The position numbers and the translations under genes are program-made. A model generated the notes under the pieces. It was not told where the DNA came from. It made no database searches and saw only the letters and a program-made list of their open reading frames with translations. From an uncultured virus (IMG/VR IMGVR_UViG_3300042884_001169) (lineage: Duplodnaviria > Heunggongvirae > Uroviricota > Caudoviricetes), in IMG/VR virus record IMGVR_UViG_3300042884_001169: a stretch of DNA of 57,915 nt; one strand, 5' to 3'. Of this stretch, positions 39,339-47,771 are shown piece by piece (the stretch's first letter is position 1; the number at the start of each line of letters is the position of its first letter).

Positions 39339-39874
39339 AGTACGCGGCACCCGTTAGCGCCCGCCACGGGTGCCGCCCTAGCGAGGCCCCCTCGATCCGC
39401 CGCGAGGGGGCCTTCGCTTCACCTTGTTCTTTCGGCGATTGAGAAGGACAGCCCCGGCCCCGTTCTGGGTCTATTTATCATACGGTGGCGATTTCGCGTT
39501 TGTTAGCCCCGCCCCAGTCTGTCGACTGCGGGGCTGGTGGCGAGTTATCCACAGGCGGTTGTGGATAAGGTTTTCCACAGGTTTGTCCCCATGCTGTGGA
39601 TAAGTTGTCCACAGGTTTTCCACACCTTGTGGATAACTACGTCGAACAGGTGTTCGGTGACGTCGGTCACAGGTCGAACAAGTGTTCGGTGACATTCGTC
39701 ACAGGTGGATCGAACGTGTGTTCGTGTGACGTCGGTCACATTGTCCATCGAACAGGTGTTCTGTGACGGGCGTCACACTTTCGGGCCGCAACCGATGTGA
39801 CAAGAGTCACGGTGGAATTAGGTTGTGACCCCGGTAGGGTGTACCTAACAACGACAGGCGGAGAGGAGGGAACA

Positions 39875-40078
39875 ATGACTACAGCACTCTTTCACGGAGG
39901 GACGAAGTGGTCGGCACAGACCGAACGCGACGAAGACCTTGCACTAGGTTTCGGCGTGGTTTGGACCGTGTTCGACGAGAACAACGTCCGGGTCGGCGGA
40001 TTCGTCGGCAACGAAGAGGACGCCCTGAAGGTTCTTCGGACACAGAACTACGGGGAACCGCTTCGGATCACGGTTTGA
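39875..40078 (+). CDS. cassette 5 micro-protein (67 aa)
   Basis: GAGGAGG RBS; hairpin at 40084-40108. Confidence 0.75.
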   Translation: MTTALFHGGTKWSAQTERDEDLALGFGVVWTVFDENNVRVGGFVGNEEDALKVLRTQNYGEPLRITV

Positions 40079-40586
40079 TCCACGGCCCCCCGGTTCGTCC
40101 GGGGGGCCACCCTCGATCTTCTCCCCCGGGATTCCGCCCCCGGGGGGGCGCTCCCCGCAAGGGTTGAGCGAACGATGACCCCCGGGATTCCGCCCCCGGG
40201 GGTCATCGCCCTTTCCGGGTGCGCGCCTCGCTTGAGGAGAACAGCGGGACTGTCGTGTTGTTCTATTTATTCTACGGTGGCGATTTCGACTGATTAGCCC
40301 CGCCGTCGCCTGACGGCTCCGGGGCTGGCGCGCGTTTTCCACAGGTTTATCCACAGGTTGGGGAAAAGTTATCCACAGGTGAGGTCGAGTCCTGTGGATA
40401 AAGTTATCCACACCTTTTTCCACAGGCTGTGGGTAACTTGTCCACAGGTTTTCCACAGGCGGGGTCGAGTGTGACCGGCGTCACAGTTTGGGGCCGGTTC
40501 GGCGTGTGACAAGAGTCACGGTGGAACTAGGTTGTGTCCCCGGTAGCCTGTAAGGCATAAGGAACTACGGCGGAAGGAGGTGCCAA

Positions 40587-40760
40587 ATGAAGCCCTACGA
40601 ACACGACGAGTACTACGAAGAGGAAGAGATCGAAGAGGATCACGAATCCGGTAAGTACGAGATGGAGATGTACTACTGGGAGGATCACGACTACCGCGAC
40701 CCGCGGACGGCCGCTAATGATCCCGACCAGTACGAAGATGATCCATTCGATGAATGGTGA
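40587..40760 (+). CDS. cassette 6 extremely acidic micro-protein (57 aa; not in the ORF track)
   Basis: AAGGAGGT RBS; MKPYEHDEYYEEEEIEEDHES..DDPFDEW; 24 D/E. Confidence 0.8.
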   Translation: MKPYEHDEYYEEEEIEEDHESGKYEMEMYYWEDHDYRDPRTAANDPDQYEDDPFDEW

Positions 40761-40836
40761 CACCTAGCCCTAGCGCCCCCCCCACGGGGGGGGCGCTTAG
40801 GCCCCCACCCGCTACACTCCCCGGAAAGGAGAAACC

Positions 40837-40959
40837 GTGAACTCTCAAAGTGTCGAATCAATCCACAACTTGCTCTGCTACCAAGCCGAAATGAAGGCTA
40901 AGCGTGAGCAGGAAGAGCAAGAACAACAGGACGACGAAAGTCAGCCCGACGACGAGTGA
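40837..40959 (+). CDS. 40-aa acidic peptide (not in the ORF track)
   Basis: AAAGGAG RBS, GTG start; ..EQEEQEQQDDESQPDDE. Confidence 0.6.
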   Translation: MNSQSVESIHNLLCYQAEMKAKREQEEQEQQDDESQPDDE

Positions 40960-41267
40960 CGAAAGTCACAGTCGCTCGACCTGAGGCTCCCCCGATCCGC
41001 CGCGGGGGAGCCTCACCCCACGGGGAACCCCACCCACCCCTAGTTCTAATAACCCTACGGTGTCGATTTCGGCTCGACCGACGACAGCCCCGCTGCCGCT
41101 GCACTCCTACTTCCAGTTTCGCGAACAGTTCGATAGCCCCGCCGTCGCCTAACGGCTCCGGGGCTGACACGCGTTTTCCACAAAGAGGTGTGGGCGCCGG
41201 GGCTGTCCCAAGAGTTATCCACAGGGGTGTGGATAAGTAGGTCCCCGGCGAACCGGGGACCCTCTCC

Positions 41268-41501
41268 TTACGAGTAATACCCGAACGTGCCATTCACGAC
41301 CGTTCGCAAGTCCTTCACGGTGTACCACTGGTTTTCGTTCATGAGAACGTAGTGGTCGTCCGCTGCACCTGCACCCCAGCCGGGGTATCGGGTGGCGAGT
41401 GAACTGGAGCGGTGGACGTATTCCGTGGCCGCTTCGATGAGCGAGTCGAAGTGTCGGGTGATCCACCCGTACTTTTCTCCGCCGTAGACGGTGTATCTCA
41501 T
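41268..41501 (-). CDS. hypothetical protein, paralog of 41653-41913
   Basis: own promoter GTGGAA-N17-TAGGGT and CCTACTAC leader. Confidence 0.75.
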   Translation of the reverse strand: MRYTVYGGEKYGWITRHFDSLIEAATEYVHRSSSLATRYPGWGAGAADDHYVLMNENQWYTVKDLRTVVNGTFGYYS

Positions 41502-41652
41502 AGTGACCCTTTCGGGGTAGTAGGTGATGGTTACACCCTACAGGGGGCAGTCGCGTTTTCCACCGTGACATTTTTCACACTCGGCGAGGTTGGTATTCAC
41601 CCTTACCGCCTATAGGGTGCAGTTATCCAATAGAGATCGAAGGGAGGCAACA

Positions 41653-41913
41653 ATGACCGAATACAACGTATGGGGTGGATACTCCTACGCAGTAGGCACC
41701 GAAGAGTTCGACACTCTTCTCGACGCCGCTGAGCAGTATGTCCGCAGGTGCGCGCCCGCGCTTTACTTTTACCCGCTATGGGGCGAAGTGGGACCCGACG
41801 ACTACGTCATCACGACGGAGCACGAAGGGTGGACACTTTCCGACCTGCAGGCAATGATCGACCTCGCCAATAACGAGGTTCGCTCGATTAGCCCGCTAGG
41901 CGTCCGGTCCTAA
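41653..41913 (+). CDS. hypothetical protein, paralog of 41268-41501
   Basis: GGAGG RBS; shared YxVxGG..FDxL..AA..YVxR..YPxWG motif. Confidence 0.75.
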   Translation: MTEYNVWGGYSYAVGTEEFDTLLDAAEQYVRRCAPALYFYPLWGEVGPDDYVITTEHEGWTLSDLQAMIDLANNEVRSISPLGVRS

Positions 41914-41964
41914 CCTAACCCGGCCCCCCGGTTCGCCGGGGGGCCACTACCCGAAAGGCTCACA

Positions 41965-42363
41965 ATGAGCGACACGTTCGTAGTTATCGAACCAACCGGC
42001 TACGCGTTGGTCACCGACACCGGCACCGACACGCTAGCCACCCTGCAGTTACTCGTAGACGGACTTGTAGAGTGCGTCACCCCTAACCCTAAGGTTCTCG
42101 GCTTCACCGCCGACGTATGGGTGAACGAAGAGGGCCTCTACCGGTCGGACTTTTCGATCAATCTGCTGGCCAGTTATCTGACCGGCCGACAGTTGGTCGG
42201 CCCTGCAGTTCTCGCCCGCTCGACTAGCCACGGGCGAACCGTGGGGCTAACAGAACGGCACCTAGAACGACTCACGGCTGACAGTCTCTTTCTCGACTAC
42301 AACGACGGGAAGAACTGGACCGCCGAAGAAGTAGTGGCACGGCGAGAGGAGGTGGAGGGCTGA
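41965..42363 (+). CDS. DUF3846-like protein
   Basis: LQLLVDGLVECV, WVNEEG, NLLAS, LVGPAVL. Confidence 0.7.
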   Translation: MSDTFVVIEPTGYALVTDTGTDTLATLQLLVDGLVECVTPNPKVLGFTADVWVNEEGLYRSDFSINLLASYLTGRQLVGPAVLARSTSHGRTVGLTERHLERLTADSLFLDYNDGKNWTAEEVVARREEVEG

Positions 42364-42737
42364 CCGGCCCTTCACCCCTCGGGGACCCCCCCTATTGCTG
42401 TAATAACCTTACGGTATCGATTTCGCCCCCTCGCTCTGGTTGGGGAGGCAGTCCCGCAGCCTTTCGGCTGGTTAGTCCCGCCCCCAATCTTCCCCCTAAC
42501 TTTTAGCCCCTTTCAGGTTGTTAGCCCCGGCCCCCAGTTTGCGCTGCGGGGCTGTTGGCGTTTGTGCGGGTCTGCGGGGCTGGCGCGCGCGCGAGGTTAT
42601 CCACAGGTTTATCCACAGGCGGAATGGGGGTGAGTTATCCACAGGCTGGGGATAAGTGTGTGTGACAGATGTCACGGTGGAATCTGGCGCTGACCCCTGT
42701 ACGCTGCAGTTACCTACTACCTAACCGGAGGATTCCG

Positions 42738-43253
42738 ATGGTCACCCAAGCAACCGACAAACAGGTCGCGTATCTGCTATCCCTATGGGAAGCAATCGCT
42801 CACCCCGCCCACGAGGTCGAAGCGGTCCGCAACGGCACCCTCACGCTCGGCAGGCGTGAAGCCTCAGACCTTATCGAAGAGGCCAAGACCCGCAAGACCC
42901 TCACCCGTCGCGCCACAGCGGCCCCCGCGGTCACACAGGGTCTCTACATCACAGGCGACGCTCAGTCGGCGAAGGTCCACAAGGTCGTCCTGTCCGCCCG
43001 TGGCAACCTGTACGCCAAGACCCTCACCCCCGGTGGCGGTCGTGGACGCTGGGAATACGCGCCGGGTATCGTGAACACTCTCACCCCCGAAGATGCCCTG
43101 ACCCCTGCAAAGGCTGCCGAGTACGGCAAGACCCAACGCGAAGGCTGGGACGGCTCGATCCTTGTGTACTGCGCCTGTTGTGGTGCCGAACTAGACAACG
43201 AGGAATCGCGAGATCGCGGCATCGGCCCGGTCTGTTTCCGCAAGTACTTCTGA
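42738..43253 (+). CDS. DUF6011-like zinc-ribbon protein
   Basis: ATDKQ N-terminus; CACCGAEL..SRDRGIGPVC. Confidence 0.75.
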   Translation: MVTQATDKQVAYLLSLWEAIAHPAHEVEAVRNGTLTLGRREASDLIEEAKTRKTLTRRATAAPAVTQGLYITGDAQSAKVHKVVLSARGNLYAKTLTPGGGRGRWEYAPGIVNTLTPEDALTPAKAAEYGKTQREGWDGSILVYCACCGAELDNEESRDRGIGPVCFRKYF

Positions 43254-43268
43254 CCTTCGGCTAGATCG

Positions 43269-43299
43269 AAACAGCCCCCCCTAGTGGGGGGTTGTTTTC
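43269..43299 (+). terminator. intrinsic terminator
   Basis: AAACAGCCCCCC-TAGT-GGGGGGTTGTTTT. Confidence 0.75.
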
Positions 43300-43402
43300 G
43301 TTGTGTCGCAAGTCACGAGAATAATCCACAGGCGAGGTTGTGTCCTGTGGAAAACCCCGGTAGCCTGCTACCTACACCTACTAGCACCTGAAAGGAGGAA
43401 AA

Positions 43403-43678
43403 GTGAAAACTGACCTCAGCATTTACAACGATCGAACCGGCAGCATGACCGTGGACACCCTAACGTTCACGGTTCGCGTACTGGAGGCTCGAAACCGATA
43501 CGGCCACCTCGACTTCCGCGTCACCCCAATCTCAGGAGACGGTGAACGATGGGTCGAACAGCACCGGGTCGCCCTGCAACCGGAACTAACTACCACTACG
43601 GTAGAGATTTCGGACACTCTCATTCATGAGATCAAGGCTCCCGCGAACGCCCGCGTTATGTCATTGGATCATTTCTGA
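43403..43678 (+). CDS. hypothetical protein
   Basis: AAAGGAGG RBS; promoter -10 TAGCCT at 43361. Confidence 0.75.
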   Translation: MKTDLSIYNDRTGSMTVDTLTFTVRVLEARNRYGHLDFRVTPISGDGERWVEQHRVALQPELTTTTVEISDTLIHEIKAPANARVMSLDHF

Positions 43679-43703
43679 CCTGATCCCCCGTACCAGCCGG
43701 GGG

Positions 43704-43940
43704 TCAGAACAGACTGTCCTGATCTAACGATGGACGCAACTTTTTGTAATCCATGCAAGTGTTGCACAGAAGACCCGGCTCCGGTTCGGGGAACGCGATG
43801 TGGTTCGCTCCGCCGGACTTGCGGTTCTGCACCCAACCGTTCACGCGGCGCCAGACGCCCGGCTGATCGGGTCGCAACGCACAGCCACAGATGTCACAGA
43901 CGTATAACGGCGGTAGCCCCGCCCGATTCGTTTCACTCAT
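43704..43940 (-). CDS. CxxC..CxxC zinc-finger protein
   Basis: CDIC and CNTC. Confidence 0.6.
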   Translation of the reverse strand: MSETNRAGLPPLYVCDICGCALRPDQPGVWRRVNGWVQNRKSGGANHIAFPEPEPGLLCNTCMDYKKLRPSLDQDSLF

Positions 43941-44073
43941 GCAGACACTTTACAGGCTGATAGTCCCGCCGCCTCACTTCGTTCGGCGGGGCTGCCGCGG
44001 CTGTGATGTCATGATGTCATGATGCGGGTGGACGCGAAAGGCCCCCGCCGTAGCGGGGGCCGGTTCGTTCGGG

Positions 44074-44196
44074 TCAGGCTTCGCAGTCGTGACCGTAGGC
44101 GACTTCGCAGTCGCAAAGTTTCTGCTCGCATTCTTCGCATCGCTCAAAGTCAGCGAACCCGTCGCAATCTTCGTTAGTTGGGTGCTTAGATGCCAT
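44074..44196 (-). CDS. 40-aa Cys-rich acidic peptide (not in the ORF track)
   Basis: TGATG coupling to the upstream gene; MASKHPTNEDCDG..CEEC..CDC..HDCEA. Confidence 0.6.
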   Translation of the reverse strand: MASKHPTNEDCDGFADFERCEECEQKLCDCEVAYGHDCEA

Positions 44197-44474
44197 CAGT
44201 CGTCCGCCTCGTTCCAACTGTCAATGATGGCGTGGAGTCGATAGTTTTCGACGATGGCCCACGCTGGGGCGCTTGTGTCGCCCTTGTACAGAACACCTTC
44301 GGGAAGGTCGATGTACTGATTGCCTTCTTCGCAGAATGCGTGGTCGATTGCTTGGACGCAGATGGGGATCATCACGTCGGGGACGGGTGGGTAACAGTTT
44401 GCTTTCAGATGCCACGAAACTGCTGTTTCGATGTTGGTCTCTGACGCAAGGTCGAAGAGGTTGTTGTATCCCAT
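44196..44474 (-). CDS. hypothetical protein
   Basis: promoter GTGGAA-N17-TAAGGT, CCTACTAC leader, AAAGGA RBS. Confidence 0.75.
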   Translation of the reverse strand: MGYNNLFDLASETNIETAVSWHLKANCYPPVPDVMIPICVQAIDHAFCEEGNQYIDLPEGVLYKGDTSAPAWAIVENYRLHAIIDSWNEADD

Positions 44475-44629
44475 TCGGTTCCTTTCGGTAGTAGGTGACT
44501 TACAAGGTACACCTTACCGGGGTCAGGACCGTTTTCCACCGTGACACTTGTCACAAGGTGTGGAGGTTGGTATTCGCTGCTGTCCCCTATAGAGTGTTGG
44601 TCACTACCCCTACTACGGAAAGGTCGCTC

Positions 44630-44926
44630 ATGAATGGCGACATCAGGATTGTGAAGATCACCCCTACAGGTGACATCTACAAGCACCCTGCCCGTTACTC
44701 GGCAGGAAACGAATGGACATTCCCCATCGAATACACGTTGGAAGATGGCCGCGTATTCTCATCACGATCGACGCACAAGCGTCTGAAAGATGCGAAGGCT
44801 GAACTAGCAACACTTCCTTGCGAGCCACGGAATCACACCACGGCAATCTTCCATGATGACAAGTTTGCTGGCGTGACGATCCACTACGGCATGATTACCG
44901 CGTGGCCCGTCGCAACGCTCGGCTGA
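44630..44926 (+). CDS. hypothetical protein
   Basis: promoter TTGGTA-N17-TAGAGT, CCTACTAC leader. Confidence 0.7.
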   Translation: MNGDIRIVKITPTGDIYKHPARYSAGNEWTFPIEYTLEDGRVFSSRSTHKRLKDAKAELATLPCEPRNHTTAIFHDDKFAGVTIHYGMITAWPVATLG

Positions 44927-45005
44927 ATCTGTACAGGGGGGTTGTGATTCTCGCGACCCCCCTGTATGCTGTCTCTATACACCTACTACCCGTAAGGAGA
45001 TTCCC

Positions 45006-45209
45006 GTGACCGTACTTATCTGTCACCCCGGAACCGGCACGATTATCGACGCAAGCGAATGCTACGTCCTGACTGTCTACGATGATGACATCGACACCGA
45101 AACCATCGAATCAGCGATGGACAGTTTCTATCAGATGGTCTCGCCCGAAGGTACTCACTTAGAGACCCTCGAAGGCGTTCTCGATCCATCACTCAGAAAG
45201 AGAATGTGA
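45006..45209 (+). CDS. hypothetical acidic protein
   Basis: promoter TTGTGA-N17-TATGCT, AAGGAG RBS. Confidence 0.7.
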   Translation: MTVLICHPGTGTIIDASECYVLTVYDDDIDTETIESAMDSFYQMVSPEGTHLETLEGVLDPSLRKRM

Positions 45210-45439
45210 CTATGCACCCCGTCCAATACCACTACATCGTGTGGGCAGAGGTCCATGACGGCAAAACCGTTTGGAACGTGGACATCGAAGGCGATGGCCT
45301 ACTGTTCGATGGACCTGTCTACGACCCGAACGCCACGCTAGGCGACGAATGGCGCACCCTCAACGAAGACGAGCAAGGCCTCGACAATCGGCTCTACGCC
45401 GAACTACGGGATCGACTGAAGATCGGGGAGGGGGACTGA
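45206..45439 (+). CDS. hypothetical acidic protein
   Basis: GTGA overlap. Confidence 0.7.
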   Translation: MTMHPVQYHYIVWAEVHDGKTVWNVDIEGDGLLFDGPVYDPNATLGDEWRTLNEDEQGLDNRLYAELRDRLKIGEGD

Positions 45440-45682
45440 CCCCCTCAACCCGGCAGGAGAGCCTTGCCAGTCTCTAATAACCTTACGGTGTCGATTTCGG
45501 CTGACTCTAACTACAGAAGAGAACAGTCCCGCTGCCGCTGGCAGCAAAGTCATTAGCGGTAAGAAGATGAAAGTCCCGCCGCTTCGCTTCGCTCAGCGGG
45601 GCTGGCGCCGCGCGTTATGCACAGGCTGTGGATAACCGGTGCGGGGCCTCCCGCTCGCGTGGGGGTGGGTGGTGACCCGCCG

Positions 45683-45868
45683 TTAGGCGGGCCACGCTTC
45701 CCTCGGTCGGAGTCCGTCGCCGAACACTTGTTCGAGTGCTTCTTCTGTTCCGCAGTCGGAGCAAATCTCTGTCCGGTTGTCGGTGCGTGAGAGCGCGCCG
45801 GGGTAGTGGCCGGGGGTCCATGCGTTTGGAATGGGTCCGAGGCATCGGGGGCAGATTGGGGTGGTCAT
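45683..45868 (-). CDS. small zinc-finger protein (CPRC..ALSRTDN..ICSDC)
   Basis: GGAGG RBS, ATGA overlap. Confidence 0.75.
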   Translation of the reverse strand: MTTPICPRCLGPIPNAWTPGHYPGALSRTDNRTEICSDCGTEEALEQVFGDGLRPREAWPA

Positions 45869-46077
45869 TGTGTCACCTCCTGTGTGGTTCCGTTGGTGAT
45901 TGCGGCGAGGTCGCCGCTGGCGATCATGTTGAGTAGGTCGCGTACGTCTCCGAGAGCCTCACCGTGGTAGGGCATTGCTCTGAGGTCTAGGACTGCGATT
46001 ACGTCGTCCACCATTGAGGCTGCTATTAGTAGGGCTTCGTGGAGTTCGTCGGTGACTGTGATAGTTGTAGTAGGCAT
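45865..46077 (-). CDS. hypothetical protein, probably leaderless
   Basis: ATG 7 nt after -10 TATCGT; no RBS. Confidence 0.65.
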   Translation of the reverse strand: MPTTTITVTDELHEALLIAASMVDDVIAVLDLRAMPYHGEALGDVRDLLNMIASGDLAAITNGTTQEVTQ

Positions 46078-46206
46078 AGAAAGAACGATACCGGGGTGGG
46101 GGGCAAATACCAACCTCGTTGCGTGTGACAAATGACACGGTGGAAGTTGTAGTTGGCCCCTGTATAGTGGTCCTTGTTAGTTACACCTACTACCGAAGGA
46201 GTCCAC

Positions 46207-46596
46207 ATGGACCCAGCAAAACTGTACGACGCAACCGAGGCGGTGCTGGCAGCGAGAAAGGCTGCACAGGACGCTGACCTTGCCAAGAAGGCTGCCGAGG
46301 CCGAGTTTGTCGCTCTCATGGAAGATGCGAATCTCCCCTATGTCGAAACGTCTGATGGCGTTCGCATTGCTGTCGAGGTTCGACCGTCCAAGAAGTACGA
46401 CGCGGCTCTCGCATCGGACCTGCTGGCCGTAGAGACGTTCGACCGTGTTGTGAAGGCTGTGATCGACGCTAAGGCGTGGAACGCTGCCTGTGAGGTCGGA
46501 CTGATCGAAGATCAGATCGCCGAGAAGGTGATGACCGTGACCTACAGCACACAGGTTCGTGTGTACGGTGACGGTGTGGCCGGTTCGCGGTCCTGA
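46207..46596 (+). CDS. hypothetical phage protein
   Basis: promoter GTGGAA-N17-TATAGT, AAGGAG RBS. Confidence 0.75.
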   Translation: MDPAKLYDATEAVLAARKAAQDADLAKKAAEAEFVALMEDANLPYVETSDGVRIAVEVRPSKKYDAALASDLLAVETFDRVVKAVIDAKAWNAACEVGLIEDQIAEKVMTVTYSTQVRVYGDGVAGSRS

Positions 46597-46693
46597 CAGA
46601 TCGGTGTGGCAACTGTCACGTTTCGCACAGGTTGTGATTCGTGGCAGTTGCCTGTAGCCTGTTACTCACTACCCCTACTACCGAAGGATCACA

Positions 46694-46972
46694 ATGACCG
46701 ACGACGAAATCTTTGCAAATCTCGCATGGGAATGCAAGGAATCTCAAATCAACGAAATGGCCGATCACCTGCTTCGCCTCGTTATGTTCACGATGCAAGA
46801 GGATTACGAGCCGACCCCCGAAATGCAGGAGCAGTTCAATGGTCTAATGACCGACGCTGTTCTGTCCTTTGGGGCATTGACCGACTATGCCGTCGAAACA
46901 GACGCAGCGGTCGTGAGTGTTGGGGCGATGGGGCAAATCCTCATTGCAGCCCTTACAGCCCGCCAAGCGTGA
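46694..46972 (+). CDS. hypothetical protein
   Basis: promoter TTGTGA-N17-TAGCCT, AAGGA RBS. Confidence 0.7.
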   Translation: MTDDEIFANLAWECKESQINEMADHLLRLVMFTMQEDYEPTPEMQEQFNGLMTDAVLSFGALTDYAVETDAAVVSVGAMGQILIAALTARQA

Positions 46973-47039
46973 CAAACGTCACGGTGGAACTATCGCCTAC
47001 AGACGATAGAGTACTACCTACTACCCCCTACTAACGGAA

Positions 47040-47771
47040 GTGAACACCATGAATACCGACAACCTCCCCGAATGCTGGAAAGAGTTCTACGACGTACTCT
47101 CCGCTGGCATCGACCGCGTGATCCTGTTTGGACCGCCCGGAACTGGCAAGACCTTCGCTGGCCTCACAGTCGGCGACACAACCGCAGGAGCGTACCGACT
47201 CGCCTGCACCGAAGAAATGACCACCGCAGACGTCACAGGCTGTTTCATGCCGACCGACACAGGCGTGTGGAAGTGGAACGACGGTGCTGCCATCAAAGCA
47301 TGGCATGGTGACGGACTCACAGGCGGTCGCCTCGTCATCGACGAAATCGACCGAGCCAACGGCGACATCGAATCGCTACTACTCGCCATGACCGACACCG
47401 TGGAATCAACGGTGTGGGAACACCCCGAAACAGGCAAGCGAATCCGACCACGCGATGGGTTCTCCGTTGTGATGACCACAAACTTGGAGCAGATGACCGA
47501 ACTGCCGACCGCTCTCAAAGATCGGTTCCCGGTGGCGATTAGGATCAACACCCCCCACCCGAACGCCCTCCTCGCCCTCCCCGAAGACCTCCGAGCAGCA
47601 GCAGCAGCAAGCGCTGACGCTGACCGTAGCCGACGGTTCTCAATCCGAGCGTTTCAGTCCTACGCCAAGTTGCGTGGATCGATGGGATCGGAACGAGCAG
47701 CACGTCTGATCTTTGGAGAACGAGCCGAGGACATTCTCGACGCCATTCGCATCAACGAGGTCGCACTATGA
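47040..47771 (+). CDS. MoxR/CbbQ-like AAA+ ATPase
   Basis: GPPGTGKT, LVIDEID, TTN, ALKDRF. Confidence 0.9.
   Translation: MNTMNTDNLPECWKEFYDVLSAGIDRVILFGPPGTGKTFAGLTVGDTTAGAYRLACTEEMTTADVTGCFMPTDTGVWKWNDGAAIKAWHGDGLTGGRLVIDEIDRANGDIESLLLAMTDTVESTVWEHPETGKRIRPRDGFSVVMTTNLEQMTELPTALKDRFPVAIRINTPHPNALLALPEDLRAAAAASADADRSRRFSIRAFQSYAKLRGSMGSERAARLIFGERAEDILDAIRINEVAL

Larger units (their letters stand above)
36877..39762. promoter_or_regulatory. actinobacterial LexA SOS boxes (CGAAC-N4-GTTCG)
   Basis: perfect at 36877, 37589, 38249, 38297, 38329, 38959, 38996, 39643, 39675 and 39711; near-perfect at 39749. Confidence 0.8.
36804..45635. promoter_or_regulatory. clustered DnaA boxes (TTATCCACA/TGTGGATAA)
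   Basis: about 26 perfect copies by manual count (e.g. 36804, 36839, 38153, 38862, 39545, 40347, 41215, 42597), plus many 1-mismatch copies. Confidence 0.85.
36726..45640 (+). repeat. array of regulatory cassettes, each carrying one micro-ORF
   Basis: 16-mer at 36782, 37411, 38077, 38783, 39481, 40273, 41056, 42410 and 45484, with a conserved downstream element order. Confidence 0.9.
36891..46983. promoter_or_regulatory. CRP/GlxR-type palindromes (TGTGA-N6-TCACA)
   Basis: perfect at 38231, 38263, 38311, 39043 and 40470; many 1-mismatch copies. Confidence 0.75.

Noticed and set aside
37264..41293. Longer ORF-track entries spanning the motif regions (e.g. 37264-37632, 38204-38470 extension, 39944-40456)
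   Set aside because: They translate the repeated DNA sites (YGGDF, VIHR, VTGVT), lack RBSs and conflict with better-supported starts
36800..42660. Host oriC fragment joined to the phage contig
   Set aside because: No dnaA/dnaN/rpmH. The boxes are interleaved with phage-type genes, and the same promoter motifs continue into clearly phage regions
44004..44024. TGATGTCA tandem repeat
   Set aside because: Short, single occurrence, no link to other motifs
36782..45499. CRISPR array interpretation of the periodic 16-mer
   Set aside because: Units are 600-800 bp and contain promoters and genes; the repeats are short and non-palindromic; no cas genes in the window
36726..45640. Classical integron cassette array
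   Set aside because: No RYYYAAC..GTTRRRY attC structure recognised, cassettes have their own promoters, and no integrase in the window. Recombinational shuffling remains possible but is unproven
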